DNA of 59,955 nt, the filler included, from an uncultured Clostridia bacterium (GTDB lineage: Bacteria; Aerophobota; Aerophobia; Aerophobales; B3-G15), in NCBI GenBank assembly GCA_964482715.1. It is 2 parts of 2 records of this genome, joined end to end, with 100 filler letters (N's around TTAATTAATTAA, not from the genome) between each part and the next. Parts side by side here need not be neighbours in the genome. Positions count along the whole stretch, not along the records: positions 30,175 to 59,955 come from CAYZYX010000024.1; 1 more part is not named here. One strand, given 5' to 3'. Within the stretch, counting starts at the first letter, position 1, and the number at the start of each line of letters is the position of its first letter. Below, piece after piece: positions 49,387 through 58,547 of the stretch. The translations under genes and the position numbers were made by a program. The notes beneath the pieces are model-generated. The model did not search any database and was not told the DNA's origin. It saw only the letters and a list, made by a program, of their open reading frames with translations.

Positions 49387-50994
49387 TTAATGAGCTACCC
49401 AAACTCTATTTTTGCCGTTTTTCTTCGCTCTATACATGGCTTGGTCAGCTTCCTGGAGTATATTATCTGAAGTGGAATCGGCTACCCCTATACTGACTGT
49501 GATTTGATATTTGTGGTAAAATAACTGATGAACTACTTCACGAATTCGCTCAGCCACATTCTTAGCCTCCTCTTTGGATGTGTGAGGTAGCATAATTACA
49601 AATTCCTCTCCACCAACACGATAAGCAGAGTCCATTTTACGTAAAGAATCTTTCAACACTTTGCCTATATGCTTCAAAATTCTATCACCCTCGAGATGTC
49701 CATACTTGTCATTGCAGGATTTAAATCCGTCTATATCGATATAGAGCAGGGAAAATATCTCCTTATATCTTTTAAACCTGTTAATCTGTTCTTTCATTTT
49801 TTCATAAAAATATCTATCATTGAAGAGTCCAGTCAGATGGTCTTTTCTGGCTAACTCCTGTAGCATTTTTTCGTATTTTTTACGCTCGGTGATGTCAAGT
49901 AATGTCCCCATTATGGCGGGTCTTCCCTGGTGAATTACCCGGGAGCCAAAAACCTCGGCATCAAAAATCTCACCTTCTCTTCTCATCCCCCGAAAGGTAT
50001 AATGCACAAAATCTGCCTTCCCGGTGAGCCTGTCTTTTATGTTCTTCTCCACTATCGACCAATCATCAGGATAAGTTAAGTCCCTCGGTCCTTTCTTTCC
50101 TACTAATTCGTGTATATTGTATCCAAATATTCTGGCGAAGGCTGGATTTACATACTTAAAAACATTATCCTGAAAAAGATAAATACCCACAGGGCAATTT
50201 TCGGTTAAAATTCTAAAGGTTTTCTCGGCTTCACGGAGCTTCTCTTCCATCATCCTTCTCTCTGTAATATCTCGAGAGACTCCTATCGTCCCTCTTATCT
50301 TACCTTCATGATCATACCAGGGAATTTTTGTAACTGATACCCAGTGTTTTTTTCCATCAATAAGGGTAAGTTCTTCAATTTTATCTACAATGGGTTTACC
50401 GGTTTTCTTTACATAATCGTCATCTGCAAAAGTTCTTTTTGCTTCTTCATGTGGGAAAAAATCAAAATTTGTTTTTCCAATCATTTTCTCTGGTGTAGTT
50501 CCTGCTATCCTGGCTCTTGCCTTATTTACTCTGACAAACCTGTTTTTCATGTCCTTGAAGTAAATGTAGTCTGGAATATTGTCAATAAGAGTCTGCAGAA
50601 GGTCTCTTTCAGCACGGATAATGTCTTGTTGTTTTTTCTGGAAAAGAACAAACTGGTAAAAGCCCCTTGCCATAAAAATTAGCCCTGCCACCATGATTAT
50701 ACCTATAAGATTGGTTATAATCTCCGGCTCTCCGGTAAATTCAGATAAAAGATCAATAAGAAATCCTGTGGTAATAATTCCCCATCCAACTTCTATTCTT
50801 CTTATTTTAAGCCTTCGAATAATCAGATAACCAACAACCGAGGCAAGAAAATAGGCTTCTTCTTTCGGAAGTTGAGGAGTGATCCACCTCTCGGGGATCT
50901 GAACCGAGAAGGAAGTAAACCAGATTAAAGCTATAGCCCATAGAACAATGGGAAGCCAGTATTTTCTAAGAATGTCGGGCAATTTATCCTTCAT
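49387..50994 (-). CDS. Membrane-bound diguanylate cyclase with two PAS/PAC domains
   Basis: N-terminal TM helices, two PAS-PAC units ending DITER, DHLTGL, I-site RKMD and active site GGEEF. Confidence 0.92.
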   Translation of the reverse strand: MKDKLPDILRKYWLPIVLWAIALIWFTSFSVQIPERWITPQLPKEEAYFLASVVGYLIIRRLKIRRIEVGWGIITTGFLIDLLSEFTGEPEIITNLIGIIMVAGLIFMARGFYQFVLFQKKQQDIIRAERDLLQTLIDNIPDYIYFKDMKNRFVRVNKARARIAGTTPEKMIGKTNFDFFPHEEAKRTFADDDYVKKTGKPIVDKIEELTLIDGKKHWVSVTKIPWYDHEGKIRGTIGVSRDITERRMMEEKLREAEKTFRILTENCPVGIYLFQDNVFKYVNPAFARIFGYNIHELVGKKGPRDLTYPDDWSIVEKNIKDRLTGKADFVHYTFRGMRREGEIFDAEVFGSRVIHQGRPAIMGTLLDITERKKYEKMLQELARKDHLTGLFNDRYFYEKMKEQINRFKRYKEIFSLLYIDIDGFKSCNDKYGHLEGDRILKHIGKVLKDSLRKMDSAYRVGGEEFVIMLPHTSKEEAKNVAERIREVVHQLFYHKYQITVSIGVADSTSDNILQEADQAMYRAKKNGKNRVWVAH

Positions 50995-51081
50995 TTCTTG
51001 CTTTCCTTAAGATTCCCGACGAGCCCGTTTTTAATTGTTAGTTATTATACCACCAATTAAAATTTTCAGCAAATTTTACTG

Positions 51082-51109
51082 TTGACAAAAAAATTTTGAA
51101 TGCTATAAA
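51082..51109 (+). promoter_or_regulatory. Sigma70 promoter of the ANTAR gene
   Basis: TTGACA, 16 bp spacer, (TGc)TATAAA. Confidence 0.65.
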
Positions 51110-51130
51110 GTAAAAACACAAAAAATATGG

Positions 51131-51202
51131 CAAGCACAGCGCCGTGCTTGTAGAGCTGACAAGGGTGTCTTTCCAGAAAGGGGAGACACCCTTTTTGCTT
51201 TT
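51131..51202 (+). promoter_or_regulatory. ANTAR dual-hairpin RNA motif overlapping an intrinsic terminator (attenuator)
   Basis: CAAGCAC-AGCGCC-GTGCTTG and GAC-AAGGGT-GTC (hexaloops with A1/G4 and a C-G closing pair). Hairpin 2 overlaps the 5' arm of terminator AAGGGTGTCTTTCC/GGGGAGACACCCTT with a T-tract. Confidence 0.85.
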
Positions 51203-51215
51203 AAAAGAGGCTAAA

Positions 51216-51920
51216 ATGCTGTCAAAAGATTTTAATTCTTATGTAGAAGCTCTAAGTAAAATAAGCAGGGCGATTTCTTCTGACCTTTACCTTGAGGATA
51301 TTCTCCGTCTCATTGTTAAAGTAACAGCTCAAGTAATGAAGTCCAAAATAGTCTCTCTTATGCTTCTGGATGAGAAAAAGGGTAAACTCTTCATAAGAGC
51401 AACTCAGAGTGTTAGTGAAGAGTACAATAAAAAGTCCCCCCTTAAATTGGGAGAAGGGATAGCTGGTAAGGTAGCCCAGACAAATCGTCCTATGGCTGTG
51501 TATGATGTAAAAAAAGAACCAGAGTACAAATATAAAAATATTGCAGAAAAAGAGGGCCTTTGCTCACTTTTGTGTGTTCCTCTCTCAGTTAAAGGAAAAG
51601 TTATAGGGGTCATAAATTGCTACACTTCTACCCCACATCATTTCACCAAAACTGAGATAGAAGTTCTTACCTCTGTTGCTAATCAAGCTGCGGTGGCAAT
51701 TGAAAATACTGAACTTATGGTGAAAACCAAAGTAATCCAGGAAGAACTTGAGGCCCGTAAATTAATAGAAAGAGCAAAAGACATCCTGGTAAAAAAATTA
51801 AATATTTCAGGAGAGGAGGCATACCGGAGAATTCAAAAAAGAAGTATGGATACCCGTAAACCAATGCGACAAATTGCCGAGGCCATTATTTTGGCTGCAG
51901 ACATAGAAACTCAGAAGTAA
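51216..51920 (+). CDS. GAF + ANTAR domain RNA-binding antiterminator
   Basis: GAF (LGEGIAGKVA, SLLCVPL, VIGVIN, QAAVAIEN); ANTAR (LEARKLIERAKDIL...EAYRRIQKRSMDTRKPMRQIAE). Start ATG 51216 lies after the attenuator. Confidence 0.93.
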   Translation: MLSKDFNSYVEALSKISRAISSDLYLEDILRLIVKVTAQVMKSKIVSLMLLDEKKGKLFIRATQSVSEEYNKKSPLKLGEGIAGKVAQTNRPMAVYDVKKEPEYKYKNIAEKEGLCSLLCVPLSVKGKVIGVINCYTSTPHHFTKTEIEVLTSVANQAAVAIENTELMVKTKVIQEELEARKLIERAKDILVKKLNISGEEAYRRIQKRSMDTRKPMRQIAEAIILAADIETQK

Positions 51921-51926
51921 CCAATA

Positions 51927-52017
51927 GAACACAGGGAAGTGTTCATCAGGTAAAGACAAAGGCGTCTACCTGCAAAGGTGCAGAAATAAAAATGGGCAGG
52001 TAGGCGCCTTTTATTTT
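51927..52017 (+). promoter_or_regulatory. ANTAR hairpin array (three hexaloop hairpins) with overlapping intrinsic terminator
   Basis: GAACAC-AGGGAA-GTGTTC, AGAC-AAAGGC-GTCT and CTGC-AAAGGT-GCAG; terminator stem 51958-51973/51996-52011 with a T-rich tail. Confidence 0.85.
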
Positions 52018-52044
52018 AAAAATTTTAAAAGGAGGAGGTAAAAT

Positions 52045-53613
52045 ATGAGTTTCAGCAAACCTAATGCAAGTCCAGCTACTTTAACGAGAAACAGGGTAAA
52101 TGGGGCACCTTATTCTGGGCTATGTGTGACCTGTCTTGACGGATGCCCCGGCTGGTGTGAAGTGGGTATTTCGGCTCTTAGAGGAAGAGAAGTTCTGTAT
52201 CCTCAACCCTTTGGCAAGATAACTGCTGGTGCCGAGAAGGACTATCCAATAGATTTCTCTCATTTCAATATTCAGGGAACCTGTGTGGGTGCTCAGGGAG
52301 TTGAGCCAGACCCGGATAAAGCTGTCTTTCCTTCAGTGGATGTCACCACCGAGGTGGGCACTGACAGCAAGATAAAACTTAAAGTTCCTTTTTTCACCGG
52401 TGCTCTTGGTTCTACTGATATAGCTCGTGTTCACTGGGAATCTATGGCCATAGGAGCAGCTATCAGTGGAACCATAGTTACAGTGGGAGAAAATGTCTGT
52501 GCTATGGATCCTCAAAGTGAAATTAAGAATGGAAGAATTGTCCATTCTCCCGAAATGGAAAGAAGAGTAAAGATTTTTAAAGAGTGGCAAGATGATGCAG
52601 GGGAAATTGTTGTCCAATACAATGTGGAAGACGGAAGACTGGGTGTTCCTGAATATGTCATAGAAAAACTGGGTATTCAGGTTATTGAAGCTAAGTGGGG
52701 TCAGGGAGCCAAAAGTATAGGTGGTGAGGTGAAACTTGATAGTCTTGAGCGTGCTCTGGAGCTGAAGAACAAAGGTTACATTGTCTTTCCTGATCCCGAG
52801 GATCCTGTTGTTCAAAAAGCCTTTAAGGATGGAGATTTTAAAGAGTTTGAGCGACATTCTCGACTGGGGATGGTGAATGAGGAGGAATTTATCAGAGAGG
52901 TGGAAAGATTAAGAACATTGGGAGCTAAATATGTTACTCTTAAGACTGGCTCCTACAGACCCGCCGATCTTGCCCGGGTAGTTCGCTGTGCCTCTGAGGC
53001 TAAAATTGACCTTCTCACAGTTGATGGTTCTGGTGGTGGAACAGGAATGAGTCCCTGGCGAATGATGAATGAATGGGGAATACCTACAGTTTACATTGAG
53101 TGCCTTTTATATAGATTTTTGTCTAAAATCAAAGAAAAGGGAGCTTTTGTCCCTTGCTGTGCCATAGCTGGGGGAATTTGTCTGGAAGATCAGGTTTTTA
53201 AAGCAATTGCTCTGGCAGCTCCATTTATTAAGGCAGTTTGCCTTGGACGTGCCACTATGACTGCAGGTATGGTTGGAGATACCGTTGGAGAAGCCATTAA
53301 AAAAGGTAAAATTCCTCGAGAGTTAAAAAAATACGGAGATACACTTGACCAGATTTTTATCGCAGTAGCTGAATTAAAGGAAAAATACGGGAGAGATTTT
53401 GAACGTATCCCACCTGGAGCTATTGGCATCTACACTTACTACCAGAGGCTTAAAACCGGACTTCAGCAACTAATGGCCGGGGCCAGGAAATTCAGGTTAA
53501 TCTACATTAACAGAAATGACCTTTTTGCCCTTACCAGGGAGGCAGCAGAAATCTCGGGTATTCCTTATGTAATGGATGCTGATCGGGAAGAGGTGAGAAA
53601 AATCCTTGGCTAA
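52045..53613 (+). CDS. FMN-binding glutamate synthase family protein (stand-alone FMN domain)
   Basis: EAKWGQGAKSIGG, TVDGSGGGTG and IAGG...LGRA; N-terminal CVTCLDGCPGWC cluster. Confidence 0.85.
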   Translation: MSFSKPNASPATLTRNRVNGAPYSGLCVTCLDGCPGWCEVGISALRGREVLYPQPFGKITAGAEKDYPIDFSHFNIQGTCVGAQGVEPDPDKAVFPSVDVTTEVGTDSKIKLKVPFFTGALGSTDIARVHWESMAIGAAISGTIVTVGENVCAMDPQSEIKNGRIVHSPEMERRVKIFKEWQDDAGEIVVQYNVEDGRLGVPEYVIEKLGIQVIEAKWGQGAKSIGGEVKLDSLERALELKNKGYIVFPDPEDPVVQKAFKDGDFKEFERHSRLGMVNEEEFIREVERLRTLGAKYVTLKTGSYRPADLARVVRCASEAKIDLLTVDGSGGGTGMSPWRMMNEWGIPTVYIECLLYRFLSKIKEKGAFVPCCAIAGGICLEDQVFKAIALAAPFIKAVCLGRATMTAGMVGDTVGEAIKKGKIPRELKKYGDTLDQIFIAVAELKEKYGRDFERIPPGAIGIYTYYQRLKTGLQQLMAGARKFRLIYINRNDLFALTREAAEISGIPYVMDADREEVRKILG

Positions 53614-53617
53614 ATTT

Positions 53618-53647
53618 AATAGGAGAGAGTTAATGCTCTCTCCTATT
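53618..53647 (+). terminator. Hairpin / probable terminator after the glutamate synthase-like gene
   Basis: AATAGGAGAGAG-TTAATG-CTCTCTCCTATT, a perfect 12-bp stem 4 nt after the stop codon. Confidence 0.65.
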
Positions 53648-53787
53648 CAAGAAATTTCAATTTCTTCCTTTTTAGATGCTAAAATCCGGGCCAATTTTTC
53701 TCATGAAATATAAAATTTTTCTTCATCAGTTTAGATATATTTGACATTTTTTAAATTATGCTAAAATTCTCTCCAAAGAGGTTTAAA

Positions 53788-54903
53788 ATGAGAATAACTA
53801 TAGTGGGAGCAGGCCCCATAGGTTGTTATCTGGGGCAACTGTTAAAAAACTACGGCTTTTCTCCAATAATTCTGGAGGAACACAAAGAGATTGGTGTTCC
53901 TGTTCATTGTGCTGGAATAGTAGGGACTTCTCTTTTTAGTCATTCAAAAATACCTCTGTCAGAAGAGATCATAGAAAACAGGATAAACGGGGCTATCATA
54001 TCGTATAACGATCAACATTTTATGCTAAGAAGGGATAATGTAGCTTTTGTCATTGACAGAGAGAAGTTTGATAAGAAACTTTCACTGGGGTTAAACATAA
54101 AAAAAGAAACCAGACTTTTAAAACTTGAAGAGAAAGAGGAAAGATGGATTTTGCAAACCACAAAAGGTTCTGTTTATTCGGATATAGTAATTGGTGCTGA
54201 TGGAGCAACTTCTACCGTAAGGAAGCTTGTAAATTTTAAGTTAACACCCAGATATTACAAGGGTATCAGAATTAGAATGAGGCACAAAGTTACACCAGAA
54301 GATATGGTAAGAGTGGATTTTATAAAGCCCTTTCTTTACTTTTGCTGGTTAATCCCTGAGTCAAATGGTTATGTGCGTATAGGAAGCATTGCTCCTAATC
54401 CCAGGCAAGCCGTAAAAACTTACTTAGAGAAGATAGGTTTAAGAGGAGAGATTGTTGAAGAGGGTGGTGGAGTGATAGCCACAGGTTACGGCGAAACAGT
54501 TAAAGGAACTGTTGCTCTGGTTGGAGACGCTGCCTGTCAGGTAAAGCCTCTAACCGGGGGAGGACTTTACTACGGGATGAGATGCGCCGAAATTTTAGCT
54601 GAATGTATAAAAGAGGGAAATCTTTGGCTGTATGACAGAAGGTGGAAAGAATCTTGGGGAAAAGAAGTACGTTTAGCCCTGAAAATAAGGAAATTATTAG
54701 AAAAAAGAGAGTTTTCCTTTCTGGAAAGACTTTTCACTCTGGCCAGGAAAAACTCCCATATTATTGAGCAACTGGTTGATTTTGAACACCATACAGCCGG
54801 TATTTTTTCTGTAGTTAAGAAAATTGGACTGCTTTTGCCCGGATTATCTGACAGGAATATTTCAATTTTGAGCTTGCTATTTTTAGGTTTTTTATTAAGA
54901 TAA
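53788..54903 (+). CDS. Geranylgeranyl reductase family FAD oxidoreductase
   Basis: VGAGPIG, HCAG, IDREKFD, IGADG, YFCWLIP and VGDAACQVKPLTGGG. Confidence 0.85.
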   Translation: MRITIVGAGPIGCYLGQLLKNYGFSPIILEEHKEIGVPVHCAGIVGTSLFSHSKIPLSEEIIENRINGAIISYNDQHFMLRRDNVAFVIDREKFDKKLSLGLNIKKETRLLKLEEKEERWILQTTKGSVYSDIVIGADGATSTVRKLVNFKLTPRYYKGIRIRMRHKVTPEDMVRVDFIKPFLYFCWLIPESNGYVRIGSIAPNPRQAVKTYLEKIGLRGEIVEEGGGVIATGYGETVKGTVALVGDAACQVKPLTGGGLYYGMRCAEILAECIKEGNLWLYDRRWKESWGKEVRLALKIRKLLEKREFSFLERLFTLARKNSHIIEQLVDFEHHTAGIFSVVKKIGLLLPGLSDRNISILSLLFLGFLLR

Positions 54904-54926
54904 GGAAAAATTTGGGAGCGTATATT

Positions 54927-56294
54927 ATGAGTGATGATGGATGGAGTTACTCTGAGAGATATCTTTTAAGATCTCTCCAAATTGAACTGGAGAGGAAATG
55001 GAAAGAGAGAGAAGATAGAAAGGGTATAAGCAAGGATGCGAGATTAAAGATTGAGCTAAATAAGCTTCCCTCACACTGGGTTCAGGCTATTTATAAAGAG
55101 TTAGGATACGTGGAGAGAGTTTCTAAAAAAGAACAGATTGAATATATAACTCGCATACTCTGCAATAAAAGATTTTTAGAAAAAATTCTGGTTGAACTTA
55201 GTAGAAGTTCTCTTTTCATACTCAAGTTTCTGCTGGAAAAAGGTGGATGGTCAACTTTTCAGCATTTATCCAGACAGGCAATTACCGATGAAAGTAGCGA
55301 TGGCTGGTGGTGGGAGGAGGAGCCACCTTCAAGTCCTCTGGGAAAATTAAGAGTCAGAGGGCTTGTCTTTGTGGGAAGAACTCCTATTAAAAAGAGGTTT
55401 TATAAAATAGGAGTTATACCAAGGGAACTTAGAGGTTTGCTCAGGGAAGTTTTACCCAGAGTTTATCAGATGAAAGATCTACAGGAAAAGAAAAAGACTG
55501 AGAAAAGATTTTTGAATTACGGGGATGAGGTGAATTATCAGGAACTTATCCAGGAAATTAAGGATTATTTTAACCAGATTGACTGGTTTACTTTTTTGAA
55601 AGAAGATCAGGTTATTGATTTTTTAGATTTTCTCAAAAACAGAAACTCCCCTTACCAGGAAATTGAAAAAAAATGGAGTGATATTCAGTGTTTTCATTAC
55701 TTTGTTGATTCGTTTTCCTTTGATAAGAAGAGCCTTGATGAATTTAAAGTCTGGGAATTTAGCTATTTTGTTTCTCGATTTATACCGCAGAAATTCGGCG
55801 AATATAATCTTGTCTATGAGGATATTAAACGGATATTGGAAACTGTAGCCCAGCTATACAGATTTCTAAAAGATAGAGGCGAGATTAAATCCGATACTGA
55901 AATTCGAAAAGCTGTAAGTCGAATAATCCAGCCAGATGGCAAGATTGCTCGTATACCCATCCCTCGAGCTAAAGGTCCTGAGGCTTTACTGATAACAACC
56001 CTCCCCGGGAAAAAAGAACTTGTTTTCACCAATAATGATTTATGGATCAGTATAGTGCTTTACCTGCAGTATGATAAAAGCTGGGGAAGGATGATTCTGG
56101 ATCTTGAAAAGAAAAAAAAATCTAATTTGATTGTAGATGCTGAGAGAAAAAAAGAATATGTGTTTAAACTAAAAGAGAAATTAGAGAAAAACAATCTTTC
56201 TCCTTCTCATTTACTCTCCTCTATAAAACCAGACAGAAGAGAGATAGACAAGGCCTTTAACTGGTTTTATAATAAAAAAATTATCATCAAGTAA
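54927..56294 (+). CDS. Hypothetical protein
   Basis: About 455-aa ORF with a GGGAG RBS; no catalytic motif recognised. Confidence 0.75.
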   Translation: MSDDGWSYSERYLLRSLQIELERKWKEREDRKGISKDARLKIELNKLPSHWVQAIYKELGYVERVSKKEQIEYITRILCNKRFLEKILVELSRSSLFILKFLLEKGGWSTFQHLSRQAITDESSDGWWWEEEPPSSPLGKLRVRGLVFVGRTPIKKRFYKIGVIPRELRGLLREVLPRVYQMKDLQEKKKTEKRFLNYGDEVNYQELIQEIKDYFNQIDWFTFLKEDQVIDFLDFLKNRNSPYQEIEKKWSDIQCFHYFVDSFSFDKKSLDEFKVWEFSYFVSRFIPQKFGEYNLVYEDIKRILETVAQLYRFLKDRGEIKSDTEIRKAVSRIIQPDGKIARIPIPRAKGPEALLITTLPGKKELVFTNNDLWISIVLYLQYDKSWGRMILDLEKKKKSNLIVDAERKKEYVFKLKEKLEKNNLSPSHLLSSIKPDRREIDKAFNWFYNKKIIIK

Positions 56295-56306
56295 AACCGC
56301 TAAAGT

Positions 56307-57623
56307 CTACCAGGTAGGGATTATGTTTTTGCTTATAAGAACCTCTAAGGCCTTTCTACTTTTTTTAATGATAGAAAAAGCACGCCTGTAAAGCTGATCA
56401 TAAGTGTATCTGGTTTCGGCAAGTTTTTGTTCTATTGCCTTTGTCCCCACAGCTGCTGCTTCTTTTGGAAAAACATCCCATTCATCCATACGTGGAATTA
56501 TGTACTTTTCGCTTAACCCCTTTCTTTCAGCATAGTTTGCCAGCTCATAAGCCGCAGCTATACACATTTCATCGGTAATTTTCTTAGCCTTTACATCAAG
56601 GACTCCTCTGAATATGCCAGGAAATCCCAGGGAGTTGTTTATCTGATTTGGAAAGTCCGAGCGCCCGGTGGCTACTATTCGAGCACCAGCTTCCATGGCT
56701 TCATGGGGCCATATCTCTGGGAGAGGATTGGCACAGGCAAAAAGTATACTGTTCTTAGCCATTGATCTTACCCATTCCTTTCTAATAATGCCCGGTTCAG
56801 GTTTTGAACAGGCGATGCAGACATCTGTTCCTTTCATTGCTTCTGGTATATGTCCTTTTCTCCTTTCAGTATTGGTAATAAGGCTCATTTCCCACTTTTG
56901 TGCATCGCTTCTAATATCTTTTCTATCAGAATGGATTATTCCTTTACTGTCGGTCAGGATTATGTTTCCCGGTTTTACCCCAGCCTTGATTAGAAGTTTA
57001 GCTATGGCAATATTTGCTGCTCCAGCCCCAATAAGACAAATTGTAACCTCTGATAGCTTTTTATCTACAATCTTTAAGGCATTGATTAAACCGGCAAGGG
57101 TTACGGTCGCGGTTCCCTGCTGATCGTCATGCCAGACGGGTATTTCCAGTTCCTCTTTCAATCTTTCTAAAATATAAAAGCATTTTGGCTTGGCAATGTC
57201 TTCAAGATTTACTCCTCCAAACGAAGGTTGAATCCATTTTACAGCCTGTATTATCTGGTCAGGCTCTTTAGTAGCGAGACATATAGGGAAGGCATCAATT
57301 CCTCCCAGATATTTAAAAAGAAGTGCCTTTCCTTCCATTACAGGGAGACTTGCTTCCGGACCAATATCTCCTAAGCCAAGGACTCTGCTTCCATCTGACA
57401 CAATAGCTATGGTGTTCCATTTGTTGGTATAATGATAAACCAACTTTTTGTTTTTCTTTATTCGTTTACAGGGCTCGGCAACGCCTGGTGTGTACCATAT
57501 AGAAAAATCTTGATAATTTCTTATGGCACATTTGGGAACAATTTGTATTTTCCCCTGATACAGTCTGTGTAGCTCGGTCACATCCTGCGAAATTGACTTT
57601 TTGGCATGACCTTTTTTGTTCAT
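56307..57623 (-). CDS. NAD(P)-dependent malic enzyme
   Basis: YTPGVA, VLGLGDIG, MEGKA, NLEDI, HDDQQGT, GAGAA and ATGRSDFPNQINN. Confidence 0.95.
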   Translation of the reverse strand: MNKKGHAKKSISQDVTELHRLYQGKIQIVPKCAIRNYQDFSIWYTPGVAEPCKRIKKNKKLVYHYTNKWNTIAIVSDGSRVLGLGDIGPEASLPVMEGKALLFKYLGGIDAFPICLATKEPDQIIQAVKWIQPSFGGVNLEDIAKPKCFYILERLKEELEIPVWHDDQQGTATVTLAGLINALKIVDKKLSEVTICLIGAGAANIAIAKLLIKAGVKPGNIILTDSKGIIHSDRKDIRSDAQKWEMSLITNTERRKGHIPEAMKGTDVCIACSKPEPGIIRKEWVRSMAKNSILFACANPLPEIWPHEAMEAGARIVATGRSDFPNQINNSLGFPGIFRGVLDVKAKKITDEMCIAAAYELANYAERKGLSEKYIIPRMDEWDVFPKEAAAVGTKAIEQKLAETRYTYDQLYRRAFSIIKKSRKALEVLISKNIIPTW

Positions 57624-57692
57624 GGATAACACTCCCTATTTTCCGTCTTAAGTTGCAATATGGTATTAAATCTGACGGGTTGTGTCAAGGAG

Positions 57693-57761
57693 TTTTTCCA
57701 GATTCGGGAAAAAGTCTTATAACAAAGATAAAACTTAAACACTAAACGGGAAGGGAATTCC
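57693..57761 (+). repeat. Intergenic repeat, copy 2 (hairpin-containing)
   Basis: 57696-57737 matches 48663-48704 at 41 of 42 nt. Confidence 0.8.
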
Positions 57762-57874
57762 TTTCCTTTAAAGCAAGGTATACGCACCCGGGCTGTCTAA
57801 CAGGAATTTTTTCCGAAACTGCAGGTATTTAACTTGACGTTTTTCATAAGTAACATAAATTTAAGTAGGGAAAA

Positions 57875-58528
57875 ATGAGAATATTGTCCTTCCTGGTTTT
57901 GGTGGTTTTTCTGGGCCTAATTTTTATATCTGGTTGTATTCCCAGGGTAAAAAAAGAAAAGGTACTGGTCCCACCCGAGGTAGATATAAGCCAGTTTGAA
58001 ACAATTATTCTGGGTAAATTTCGTGGTGAGGACGAGGGAGTTTTGATTGAGGCAAGAATGATGCTTGCCGAGAGATTTAAACAGCAAAATCAACAGATTA
58101 TAGATAAATCAGATTTTGATGAAGCATCTATTCCCTGGAAGGAAGAAAAAGCTCTTTTAGTGCTGGGAGATTTAACCTACTACAGTGTGGATACGTATGC
58201 ATCTCCACCTAAGAAGTCAACCTACAAAGAGAAGGAGCAGGTAAAATATTCCTGGTATTGTGATCATTCAATAACAGTTACGGTTAACTTTGTGTTCAGA
58301 TTAATGGATACCACTACAGGAAAATTAATTTACTTCAAACAATTTCCGGCCACTGAAACCTGGCACGATTATTATGTGTTGATAGATTGGCATCAAGAGA
58401 CACCTCCGCCTTCCTCACTTATTCCACCTGTAAATACCAGCAATGTTTTTACCCTTAGAACTACAGCGATTAAAAAGGCGGTAAATGATTTTTGCAATAA
58501 GATAATACCACATTATGAATGGAGATGA
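57875..58528 (+). CDS. Putative lipoprotein
   Basis: Signal peptide MRILSFLVLVVFLGLIF followed by lipobox ISG-C. Confidence 0.75.
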   Translation: MRILSFLVLVVFLGLIFISGCIPRVKKEKVLVPPEVDISQFETIILGKFRGEDEGVLIEARMMLAERFKQQNQQIIDKSDFDEASIPWKEEKALLVLGDLTYYSVDTYASPPKKSTYKEKEQVKYSWYCDHSITVTVNFVFRLMDTTTGKLIYFKQFPATETWHDYYVLIDWHQETPPPSSLIPPVNTSNVFTLRTTAIKKAVNDFCNKIIPHYEWR

Positions 58529-58547
58529 AAAGAATTTACCGGACACC

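Noticed and set aside
51144-51215. N-terminal extension of the ANTAR ORF from GTG 51144
   Set aside because: It runs through the hairpins and terminator. ATG 51216 with an AGAGG RBS is the plausible start.
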